A stretch of 64,000 bases of DNA from Bugula neritina (lineage: Eukaryota > Animalia > Bryozoa): contig OZ037768.1 of assembly GCA_964035545.1 (NCBI GenBank), positions 21,671,319-21,735,318 on the forward strand. Reading direction: 5' to 3'. How positions within the stretch are numbered: the stretch's first letter is position 1; every line of letters begins with the position of its first letter. The notes under the pieces were generated by a model that had not been told where the DNA came from, made no database searches, and saw only the letters and a list, made by a program, of their open reading frames with translations. Position numbers and translations under genes: made by a program. Shown one piece after another: positions 11,909 through 24,083 of this stretch.

Positions 11909-14900
11909 TTATAATAAGGAAGAGTTTCTAAAATGTGGAGTTGGGTTGGACATTCTCTTTATTCTATTCATTCTACGAACTCTTGCATTAAGTCGTTCTG
12001 GTTTCCTGGAGGCAATGTCCAGAAGTTGTTCTTCGCTTAGTCCTACAACTTTCTGCTCGACACTCGCTGCAACATCAGACATTGGCGCGTCACCCTCGTC
12101 TATAAATCCATACTCGGTCATAACAGTCTGCCGGCTAGTGTCAGTGTACCGTCTCAGCGCTATTGGTGAGCTGCCAGCACTTCGACTTCTACCTGCGCCA
12201 CTTTTACCTGTGCCATTTAATCTCATATCAGCAGCCTTGCATTTATTTCCGAGTGGGGTGGCATACGGCGACGTCATTGAGTAGGTTGGCGTCTTCACAA
12301 CGCAGTCACTGACTACGGAATACGGAGACAAACTAACAGGTCTATTAGTGTTTGAGGCTTTATGGTTGGCCATTTGATGGTCAGGGTTCAGCACTGAACT
12401 CTCTTTAGACTGTAGGTCTACGGCCAACTTTTCACACACAGGATATTTCTCTGTGATGCCACGTCCTTTCAGTGAGTCTCCAGTCATCACATTGACCTCT
12501 ACGCCCGCAGACCCTAGGTGTGACAATGATGATTCACTACAGACATCACTGTAACTGTGCAAGTCATTGCATGAGTCACTGATCTCTTCGCTTACAACCG
12601 AGTCAGGAAACGGGTCAGCTAATTCATGACTCACTGGAGTCTGCTCGTCTTTTCTAAGGACAGCCCTAGCCTCAGATCCATAGATATTGTACATACTTTC
12701 AGGAGGGGTAGCAACACAGCCGGAGTTGATCACACCATTCTCAACTGCAACGTTGTAAAAAGATTACATAAATTTATCAATAGAGATGCTATATTAGCTG
12801 AGAAGTATTATTAGAAAGCTTAAGTAGATAGCAGTGAATGTTTATTGATTTCCGGGAGTTATTAGAGCTGTATATGAAACAAGTAGTTACATCCATAGCA
12901 GGAAATTCAACTCAAGTATTTCTTCATCAATACTAAAACAACACGCATGCATATATTAATAATTACATGTTATTACAGTATATGCCCTGAATAGATGTGC
13001 AATGTCATATATGGTTAGACAGCTGAGAGAGTTGATAAGTTCACAGGATGCAAAAGGGTTTATTATCGATAAATTTCCTTTCTTAGAACACTTTTTACAG
13101 AATAAATGTTAGATAATTGTGACCAGTCAGATTTTGTCCTTTGAGGTTCAAGCTACTATATTTTCAAAGTATTGTGCGCAACTAAAATTATAACTTAGCA
13201 TCATTATAACATATGTTTAAGTTGAGTCAACACTCATACATCGCAGAACTTAAAGAAAACACTGAAACCTAAACCTCAGAGACATCTGGTGTGAAGCCTG
13301 TGTTATGAAGAGAAAAAAGTATAGCTAATAGTCGCACACTGTTAAGTCCACAAAACATACAAACTTAGACTAACAAGTACAGTGTGGCAGATTCTACATT
13401 CCAGATATTTAGTAAAAGGCTTTTTCCACTGTATTTTGCAGTGAAAGATAAGTTATAAACTTATATATGAACACATTATTTGATACATGGCAGCAGCTAC
13501 AACCTGGGACAAACTAAATACAGGCAGAATTTCATCTCCCATACAGTCATGCTGGTCAGTCATACAGAACTTACATGAGTGTATGCCTGTGGGGGTGTCC
13601 CCAGAACCCCCCTTGTTTATAGTTGAGTAGGCTGGGGGTGCCGAGTCAAAGCTGGAGCTATAAGGAGGTGGGGCACCAGGAGTATGCAGAGGGCGGTAAG
13701 TGATGTCAATATCTACTTGGTCGTATGCTGCCGTGTACATGACAGCATTACTCGGTCCGCTGCCTCCTCTCAAACCTGCATAAAACACCTGGATATAAGT
13801 GATATGTTTACTTGAAATACGAATAATCATATAATATATGCATATACCTTAATATATATATATAATGTATATAAATATTGAAAAGATATATATATTATCT
13901 AATATATTTAAAAAATATATATTGGAAAAAAAATATATATAATGTAACAAGTGACAATGATCCACCTAAAAGCCCACCTTGTCTGATGCTGAGAAGCAGT
14001 CTACGTCTGCGTAACTTATGCATGACGATGAGGAGGATAATGATGATAGCAATACAGGAAGCTGTCGTGGCAGCAAGACGTACACCGGCTGTGCCGAGTG
14101 CATCTGTACCTACACCAAACAGAGTGTGTTATAACTTTTGAAACATGATTGTTTGAGAATTAAATAATTTAAAAATTTCATATACTAGTTAAAATTTATT
14201 TTGTTTAAATATTGAAAGACAGGGAGAGAGAAAAAATCAGTTTATTGCAATGAGTGCTTTTCAAATACTTCATCAACAAATTGCAATAAATTAGGTTTTC
14301 GAAAGACCACATTTCATTTCATCATCCAACAACTGGATAGTCATTTACTCAACACAGTTCCGTATGCAGGGATTGTCACAAAATTAATTTGCATGTGCAA
14401 TCAGTTAACCTTAAGAGGTTTAAGAAATCTGGAGACAATGTTAGCGCAGAGTTTTAAAAGACCTCCGGCCTACTTACAAAAAACTAGAAGTACTCTGTAC
14501 CAGGTACCCAAGGCAATGCTATAGCCAAGATACTTAGGCTACTCTGTACCAGGTACCAAGGCAATGCTATAGCCAAGATACTTAGGCTACTCTGTACCAG
14601 GTACCAAGGCAATGCTATAGCCAAGATACTTAGGCTACTCTGTACCAGGTACCTAGGCAATGCTATAGCCAAGATACTTAGGCTACTCTGTACCAGGTAC
14701 CAAGGCAATGCTATAGCCAAGATACTTAGGCTACTCTGTACCAGGTACCAAGGCAATGCTATAGCCAAGATACTTAGGCAATGCTTACCCACCTTTATCG
14801 TATGTACCATACGGTGACAAACCAACATTTCGGCGATCAGTAATAGAATAATTCAAGTTCTTATGGCTGTTCATTTGACTGAACGCGCCATAATCCGCCT

Positions 14901-16848
14901 TGTGACTACTCATAGTACCCAGTATGACAAAATGTAAAACTAAAGCAGCGTAGCAAGCGCAGCGGTGTGTTCAGAGCTAGCTATGATATGCTAATTTATT
15001 AATCAGCAGTCCCAATACATAGGACACTGCCGTAATAGATTTGAATCATCATCAAATGATATAAGCTTGCATCAAGTTCATTAGAGAGGGAATTATTGAT
15101 ATTTTGGATGTCTTGTTAATAGAGTTAGCATACCAAGATATAAATAACATTTGCTAATTGCATGTATACATGAATTGTATTGCAAGCATTTGACAAAACA
15201 GCAGCTGAGATAATACACTATATAGATTCATTACACGTATTGACTTTCTCTACTCTTTGGTTTAAAACACAATCTAACATGCTCAAGTGTTCACTGATGC
15301 AGTATAATACACCAAGAATCAAACGCTTGCATGTGATGCTTTTAAATGCATCATCAAGTTTCAGGGGAATTACATTGGTGAAGTACAAGAAATATTTTGT
15401 GCTGGTTGAGGGTTATTCTACCACAAAAGGGAAAGACAACTGCTAAATAAAAACGCAATTAATGGGGAAAGGCCTCGCATTTATATTAGTTTAAACTAAA
15501 GAGTTTTCTAGCTATAGGGTTTTCTAGCTATAGGGTTTTCTAGCTATAGGGTTTTCTAGCTATAGGGTTTTCAAAAATGCACTTGTGGGTTTCAATCTTT
15601 ATTTTAGCGAAACTTCATGTTAAAAATAAAAAAAACTTAATTTCAGTTTAAACAGTCTCAGAACTGAAGCAAATGGCTAAATATTAAGCTACACAGTAAC
15701 AGTGTTGTGAAAATATATACATAATTAATAGACAACGTAGTTTATTACATAGTTTGTTCAAAAAACTTTATTAGCCTTTTTTTAAATTAAAATTGTAATA
15801 AAATGACTATTAATGACTTATCATTGCTATGGAGAACCAAGATTCTCAATATATCTTGTAGAAAAGATCAATAAGAGTATCAAAGATAATTGTTTACAGG
15901 TAAGTAACTAAGAGTAAGCAACTAAGGGTAAGTAGCTAAGGGTAAGTAACTAAAGGTAAGTAGCCAATGGTGAATAAGCAAAAGTAAGTAGCTAAAGGTA
16001 AGTAGCTAAGGGTAAGTAGCTAAGGGTAAGTAGCCAAAGGTGAGTTACTAGAAACATACCATTGTAGCTAGAGATAGGTGTGGTACATGTAAAAGTACAG
16101 CAGGATTTCTCCACTTTCTGAAAAGTCTCACAGTTGGGTGGTGGTCTGCAACAAACACAGTATACCACTGTAGTAATATAGCACTGTAGTAATATAGCAC
16201 TGTAGTAATATAACACTGTAGTAATATAACACTGTAGTAATATAACACTGTAGTAATATAACACTGTAGTAGTATAACACTGTAGTAGTATAACGCTGTA
16301 GTAGTATAACACTGTAGTAATATAACACTGTAGTAGTATAACACTGTAGTAGTATAACACTGTAGTAATATAACACTGTAGTAATATAACACTGTAGTAA
16401 TATAACACTGTAGCAATATAACACTGTAGTAATATAACACTGTAGTAATATAACACTGTAGTAATATAACACTATAGCAATGTAACACTATAGCAATGTA
16501 ACACTGTAACAATGTAGAACACTGTATAACATTGTAACTGTACATTGGGACAGGCAGTGTAGCCTTACATTAAAAGCAAAGACACTGGGTAACATCTATT
16601 AACTTGTAGACAAAGTATTTTCAGAACTATATATTCTATCCTGCTGACTACAACTACTGAGTCATCTATCCCTACAGGTTGGCACCAAACAATAACAGCT
16701 CTACATACGCGCAAGCAGCTGAGAGACACCTCTGCTGCGTTCCATTGAAACATGTACAACTCAGACAGTAGTCGTGGGTCCTCGGGTAGAACTGAGCTCC
16801 GTGGGCGATGGGTTGCCCGGAGCCATCGATACACCCAACGGCATCCAT
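11909..16848 (-). CDS. DGCR2/IDD-like single-pass membrane protein (VWC domain, TM, PPxY tail); exons 16848-16709, 16145-16060, 14109-13978, 13775-13575, 12744-11909
   Basis: CIDGSG...FYPRTHDYCLSCTCFNG...CLSAACAPPPNC...SCCTFTC (VWC); GVRLAATTASCIAIIILLIVMHKLRRRR (TM plus basic stop-transfer, like the DGCR2 MRLVVSCIS..HRLRQRR segment); APPPY and PPAY motifs. All junctions GT-AG and phase-consistent. Confidence 0.8.
14491..14779. repeat. 48-bp minisatellite (~6 copies), intronic
   Basis: CTACTCTGTACCAGGTACCAAGGCAATGCTATAGCCAAGATACTTAGG in tandem. Confidence 0.95.
15502..15572. repeat. 16-bp tandem repeat (GTTTTCTAGCTATAGG, ~4 copies)
   Basis: Directly visible. Confidence 0.9.
15899..16048. 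repeat. Degenerate 14-bp tandem repeat (GGTAAGTAGCTAAG)
   Basis: Directly visible, about 10 degenerate units. Confidence 0.8.
16165..16535. repeat. 16-bp minisatellite (ACACTGTAGTAATATA, >20 copies), intronic
   Basis: Directly visible; the source of three spurious ORFs. Confidence 0.95.
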
Positions 16849-17623
16849 TGAAAACACCTCAGCTCATGTTACTCACTGTGGAACATGACATTAAGATGAC
16901 ATTGAATTATACACGATTTCTAGTATTTTAATGTAATAAGGCTATTGACATGATGTTAATATTTTGCTAAAACTTTCAGTGAAGAGGAAAGAAAATTAAA
17001 AAAATAAAATAAAGATAATAATTATTGTTTCAGGACTGATATATAGTCAGTGTGTTTAGAAAGAGTAAAGAAGACATTTCAAGTCAACTTAGAATTATCA
17101 GCCCAACAATTGATAATATAACGAAGTGAAAGCAGCATCATTTATTCAATTTTAGAAATTTATGTGAAAGTAAAGACCATTATAGGCCTACTGAAGGAGC
17201 AATCTCATATGATCCTCTCCCAGATAGTACAATTTTATCAGCGTTTTCACAATGAGAGGGAAGCATTTGCGTAGCTTAAAAACCCATATATGGTGTATTA
17301 TATAAACTTAAATAAACTTTTAAACTTGCAGCTAATCTCAAAAAACTCTGTTTTACAGTGTGATGAAAAATAAACGAAGATTAAGTTTAGCCATAATTAC
17401 CAGTTTGTTAAGAATAATACACGTAAATACGAAGCAAAATCATAAGTCTATATATAATGCCACATAGTTATAGCAGAATTTTATATAATGTTATGATTTC
17501 GCGGGTTTAATGAAATAGACAAGTAGTCTGCATGCCAATACTTGTAATTGTTGAATAAAAGTCTTTGTAAAATGTTGATTCTAATAGTCTTTATTGATGT
17601 TTCCTCTGCGAGCTCCAGTGTTA

Positions 17624-17658
17624 GACTGATTTGATACAAAAATGCTCGCCCTTATATA
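17624..17658 (-). promoter_or_regulatory. TATA box + Inr core promoter, probably of the DGCR2-like gene
   Basis: Minus-strand TATATAAG (17658-17651) lies 31 nt upstream of the A in TCAGTC (17629-17624) and points toward the first coding exon. Confidence 0.6.
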
Positions 17659-20369
17659 CTGCCAGAAAAGTGCCTGCCACGTGGAGGTCCGAAATCGGCC
17701 GAATTCGGAGTTCCCCCCCCCCCAGTTCCCCGCCGTCCGAAATTAGAAAGGTTCCGTCCGAAAATCGGACAGACCCCATCCGAAATCGTACCTTGGTTCC
17801 GAATTCGGCTCACATACTTATTTATTTAACATACAAAGAAAAAGTGGCGGGGAAACATAACTCCAAAAACTATTACAGTAACTTAAAAACAAACAATAAA
17901 AATAGGAAGGCAATTCACAATTATTACGCTATTCACTACGCTAAGAGCTTAGCTATAATTACAATATTTGAGGCATTAGAAAGCTACAAGAAGCTTAGCT
18001 ATAATTACAACATTTAACAGTATTTACAAAGTTACGCCAAGTCCATTATAATAGTGACGCGACATAATTACTAGAGCGTTAAAATCCATTACAATAATAT
18101 CAAATCCAATAGGTATTAGTTATAGTTATACTGAATTAATTTCAACTTATTCAAATTTAAAAAATGAGAAGAATTATCCTGATGAGTAAGTGATAATCTT
18201 AGTTTAATGAGTTTTCAAAATAAAATGAACTATGGAAAATAAATCTCTTGTTGAACATTAGTTAAAGATTTAGCTTAGCCATTATCATTATGATCATGCT
18301 CATTGCTATACAACCATAGATGAGATGTACTTGTATTGTAATCAATCACTAAGAAACTCAAACTGAATTGTGATTATGATGGTTTTGAATATGAAAATTA
18401 GTATTACTATTATTATATAAATTATTATTATTTTTCAAATTATTTAATCTTAAAGTTAAAGTTAATTTTAATCTCAGTCAATGACAATCTGTTGATCTCA
18501 TCGTCATTAATATTTGATTATCACCTCTGTATAACAATAACAATAATCAATATTAATAGAAATTAAAATATCACATTCAATTTTATTGATGATATTCATA
18601 TTGATTGTATAAAATTACATGTATTTGTTTATGAATTTGTTATACTTATAATTATTTATAATTTAAATTATATTGATGTTATAAATATTACATCTTCATT
18701 TTGATTTACTAACACTACATAAATATTAATTATTAATATTAATATTATACCTACTCCTAGTCCTATGAGTATCACTATCAGTATCAGCATGAGCATAACT
18801 TATGACTCTAAGTCTATGGAGTATGGACTATGAAGTATGGGTTAATCAAATGTTATGAGATTGAGTATCACCATCACTATCAGTATCAGTGTGGCTATTT
18901 TAAACCCGCCTATATTTGAAGTTTATGCAGCTTACTTCTCATATAAACTACAATGGCCTTTCGTAACACATGAACAGAGTTTAGCTAAAGTCACTGTAAT
19001 ATACAAATTAAGGCTATGTAAGTGTAACTGAAAGAGTAAGTCAAAGTGGCTTTAGAATTAGTTTAGTAACTTATTTTACTTTGCCTTCAGCGACACTAAG
19101 GGCCCTTTTGTGACACATCAATCGTATGGCGATATTACAAACGGATAATTTTACTAACGATTTATACCTGTAGTATGGAAAGATAAGTCTTACATACACA
19201 CAATAATATGTTGGTGTAGCGTAAATAACATGTGCGTTTGGATATACTTGTTTTCCAAATAATAAGCTTCTTTTTTAACATTTTATAGCTGCTGAACATA
19301 GTTCTTCTGAAAACTTTCTTACCCAAGTCGAAACCATGAAGTTGTGTGAACATATTAGACTACTATCAATAATCCTCTCCAACATTTTCCTTCTATGATA
19401 TAATGCTTTAGCATAAGCTTCTTTTTTTTCTAGAAACTATAACACTGCAACTATCACAGTTGGTTTAAGGTCATTACTTTCCAGATTCAGGCACTGCTTT
19501 ATGTTATATATAAACAGTTTCCAGGAGATAGCTTGAACAGTTTTTGTCTCACATTAATAAATTTTACATGAAAAGATAGCTCTTGCATTCCTCTTTCATA
19601 TACTTTTTTAATTTTTCAATAAAAAATTTTCTGAGAAAGTTGTTGCATAATAAGTAAAATTTTACACCCTCCATGTTCCACTGCTGTAGCACAGGGGATT
19701 CATTTTACAAAGTTTAAATGTTAAACTTGACATTCCTTGATATGTTTTCTCTAATATACTTTCTTTGTTTTTTGAAATTCTGTTTATGCTCTTCACAATT
19801 TGGTAAAAACATACACCATTTTGCAAGTTTCACTGCAATTTTCTAAATTCTTCATATGGTGGTTCTAGCTACGCTCCTGTGACTAATTATAACATTCCTA
19901 GTAGTTTGCCGCTCTGCGCTATCACAATAACATATAGTACCCTCTCGCACAAATTGGCAATCTATTGGATTTCTGCCAATATAATGCTCCCTGTTTTACT
20001 TTAGCACTCAGCTGAATCATCTCACTATGTTACAATAATATATTGAAAATGCCTCAGCACAACATAATTCTTTGTTTGTTTGGCAAAGTTAATTTCAGCT
20101 AAATCACTTCACTTTACAGTCTTGTCAGTAAATGTCTGTCTATAGCGCAGCAGGTGTACTTTCAGTTTCTCTAATTCACATATAATTATTTTAAGTACAT
20201 TGTATTCTATAAGATCAATTTAAGGTTTAGTCCAGTGTTCAGTATCTAATTATTATGCATGTATGTTGTCTTACTGTTGAACAAAATTTAAAAAAAACTT
20301 TACAATTATAGCCATATTTATTATACATGCGTAGGATTTGCATAAGTTGACAAAAAAAATTGCAACAAA

Positions 20370-20428
20370 ACAGGGTTGAACCATGACCACCCAACTCGTC
20401 ACTGACGCATCTAACCTCTGGACCACAC
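20370..20428 (-). other. Degenerate tRNA-like/SINE head
   Basis: Minus strand: TGGTCCAGAGG (A-box-like) ... GGTTCAACCC (B-box-like). No intact cloverleaf. Confidence 0.35.
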
Positions 20429-20500
20429 TTTTATCGTTAATGACATGCGCACTATATGAGTAACTATCATTACATAAATATTTCGCGCGCAAATGGGTTA

Positions 20501-22588
20501 TAATAGACGATGTAAAGTTGGTACATTTAGTACCTTGTACCAACTCTAGAATACTCACCACTATAACTTATATAAACTTCTGCAAGTTCAAATGCAAAAT
20601 GCATACTTTTAGAAAATAGCTGTGCAACTTTTATTACATGCATTATTTTATTTCATATCTTAAATTTATGAACCATGAGTTCATTTTTCAAAATGTTTAA
20701 ATTAAGTGCTCAAAAAATGCAATTAAAATTTTTATTCTTGCACAAATACCCTGGTGCAGTTTGACCACAACCCCAGCTGTTTTGGCAAACACATTTAATG
20801 GTTTTTTTATTGACATAGTGGTGAATGAGCTGGTTGTTTTTGGCAGTTGGGTAGACTTGAAGCTTGGCAGCTTTTAAACAATTCTGATTGGCAGAATTTT
20901 ACACGATAAGTTGATGTTTGTATCTGATTGGCCTAATAATGCATTTGCATTTGAAAATGTAGAGTTTTATTTAAGCTATAATGGTGATATTTTAGAGTTG
21001 GCGCACACCCCTTTTGGGTTGAGTTTTATAGTCTGTTCCTGCTGCAGTCATCTACAACAACAGTGTATAGGGAAATTATTAGTATTACGAAATCTGTTTT
21101 GGCTTACTTTGCTATGCCAGTATTCTGACTTAGTTTTGTTATAATCAACTATGTTGGCAGTTAAAACTGAGGGTGATTTCATCAAAGGTAGACATTGCTG
21201 AGGCCTTAGAACATCAAATCAACCAGTGCTGTTACTTGGTTGTATTGTAAAGCAGTAGTGAGAGCATAGCACACTATCACAGTCACTGAGCTGCAATGAC
21301 AGTATGTAAGGCACGTCAAAACACCTAGCCTAGTCTCTGTTAGTATGTAGAGCAGTAGCACAGTTACAGCAGTCACACCACCCCTCTCTATCCTGTCTAC
21401 CAAGCACAGAGGTTGCAATAATGATAATCATTTCATGATTTAGTTTTAAATCAATACATACTACTAAATACATTCTCATAGTCTAATGTAATAAATTATA
21501 AAAAAGTTGTTTAACATGCACATTACAAATGCATTAGCCTACGCTAACTATAAATTATTTGCTTGTGTACCCGCACTATTATTTTATTTTAAATTTGTAA
21601 AACAGTAGCTTTTTACTCTGTCACATATTCATCTGCATTGGATTTAAATGCACAGCTATTAGCAATAGATAATGTAGAAATTTTGTATAAAAATGAGTAT
21701 TAGCATGTAGTGCCTTGCATGTGGGTCTATATTGTTTTGACGTGCCTTACATAAGATAATATAATAGAACTGACGAGTTTGGTGTAGCCACTGTCATTGC
21801 AGCTCAGTGACTGTGATAGTGTGCTATGCTCTCACTACTGCTTTACAATACAACCAAGTAACAGCACTGGTTGATTTGATGTTCTAAGGCCTCAGCAATG
21901 TCCACCTTTGATGAAATCACCCTCAGTTTTAACTGCCAACATAGTTGATTACAAACTAAGTCAGAATACTGGCATAGCAAAGTAAGCCAAAACAGATTTC
22001 GTAATACTAATAATTTCCCTATACACTGTTGTTGTAGATGACTACAGCAGGAACAGACTATAAAACTCAACCCAAAAGGGGTGTGTGCCAACTCTAAAAT
22101 ATCACCATTATAGCTTAAATAAAACTCTACATTTTCAAATGCAAATGCATTATTAGGCCAATCAGATACAAACATCAACTTATCGTGTAAAATTCTGCCA
22201 ATCAGAATTGTTTAAAAGCTGCCAAGCTTCAAGTCTACCCAACTGCCAAAAACAACCAGCTCATTCACCACTATGTCAATAAAAAAACCATTAAATGTGT
22301 TTGTCAAAACAGCTGGGGTTGTGGTCAAACTGCACCAGGGTATTTGTGCAAGAATAAAAATTTTAATTGCATTTTTTGAGCACTTAATTTAAACATTTTG
22401 AAAAATGAACTCATGGTTCATAAGTTTAAGATATGAAATAAAATAATGCATGTAATAAAAGTTGCACAGCTATTTTCTAAAAGTATGCATTTTGCATTTG
22501 AACTTGCAGAAGTTTATATAAGTTATAGTGGTGAGTATTCTAGAGTTGGTACAAGGTACTAAATGTACCAAATTTACATCGTCTATTA
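20501..22588. mobile_element. Non-autonomous foldback DNA element with ~820-855-bp inverted arms
   Basis: Arms 20501-21323 and 21733-22588 are near-perfect reverse complements (TAATAGACGATG...CATCGTCTATTA), spacer ~410 bp, flanked by TTA/TTA (20498-20500, 22589-22591). Confidence 0.85.
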
Positions 22589-23621
22589 TTAGGCTGTCAA
22601 TTCATGTTGATAGCAGTCAACTGTTGCGATAGTCTCGGGTTACTAGCAAAGCTAATTGTTTTGAACAAATAATCCAAAAGTTTAAAAATAAGTAGCTTGC
22701 GTATTACTAGCTACAAAAACAGGTCTGAAATAGACTGTTAAAGCAAGCTCTTATTGTAGAGTTTGCAGGTGTGCTCTAAAATAAAACTTAAACTGTATGC
22801 TATTGCATAAGTATTTGTATGCGAGAGATAAATGGACATTACTGAGTTTCTGGAAAACAACATACTTGAAGTTAACTTTGACAATGGTGTGTTATTTTCA
22901 TCATAGCTAGCCTATAGCATAAATCTCTAATCATATGAATCTTTATGAAGCCCACAGCTCGTGTAAGGGTGGCAATGTAATTTGAAACGAACAATTATGT
23001 TGCTGCATTGTGTCTAAGGTATATTAGAGAGCAGAATTTGGTTTTACTAGCCTACCCCAACTGCATTCTACAATGCAGCTTATATGCTGGCAGTTGTAAT
23101 AAGTACTGCCAATAGCAAGGTTACTATCACTGCTAGCTCTGTGCAGTATGTAACCTCTTGAATAATTGCGCCAATTTTAAACTCTTGGAAGTTGGCCAAG
23201 TTATCATATCGCAGCCAGCCACTGGAGACAAAGCATCAGAGCTATTCATATAATATTTTACTGATGCACTTGGTAGCAGAGTGGCTAATCTAATATAGTT
23301 CATAGTTCAACACCCTTTACTTTGGGAATACAGCCTCTTTTTTTAGGTTTACCTAACAAAGCATGAAAATATCTGAACTGATATTCTGATAATTTAGAGG
23401 TACATTTTGAAAACTAGGTTAATTGCACTTGTTTGCACAACAACAATAATAAAATAGATATTATGCAGTATAATAAAAACACACATAATACTATATAATA
23501 TATTATAATGGTAATAATATAATATTGTAAGTACCATTACTGCATTTTATAAATCACATGGTTGCCAAAAAAAATGTATCACAAATGCTGTAATTATAAA
23601 TCAAAAATAGAACTATAGCTA

Positions 23622-23816
23622 TGTTTATGCTATGTTTGCTTTATAGATTCAGAGACCGGTCAAAGAGTTTAAGATAGTTTATTGCTCAAGATATTAAAGG
23701 TCCACTCTGGATAGATCTAAAAGCACAAACTGACTATTATTAATAACACGAATAACATAGTATAAAGTATAAACCTTTACAAACAAAGACAAAGCTTATT
23801 CAGCATATCATCAACA
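23622..23816 (-). repeat. 3' LTR
   Basis: Identical to 28180-28374 by eye. Preceded on the minus strand by the PPT AAAGGGGGA (23817-23824). Confidence 0.97.
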
Positions 23817-24083
23817 TCCCCTTTACAAATCTTTGACAATGTTGAACAAACAAACGAAAAAAAACTAAACAAAAATTAAGAATTGATACATGAACAAGTA
23901 ATACGATTTTGTTATTAATAGTCTATAGAAGATTAGCATATTATTACAAGATTGTCTCTCTTGTTAATTTAAAGTATATTATATTATTTTCTGGGTTCGG
24001 GCTATTTAAATCTGTTTTTTTTTTTTTTTTTTTTCTCAAGAGTTTATTGTCCGATTGTCTTCGGTCAGATTAGGTATAATTAT

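Noticed and set aside
14484-16545. Repetitive ORFs at 14484-14828 and 15992-16545
   Set aside because: Translations of intronic 48-bp and 16-bp minisatellites; only 16145-16060 is a real exon.
18920-20200. Decayed coding sequence on the minus strand
   Set aside because: Purine-rich and exon-like in places, but with frequent stops and no motif I can identify.
20911-22178. Mirror ORFs MMFVSDWPNN...
   Set aside because: Non-ATG calls in the foldback arms that differ by a frameshift; no domain.
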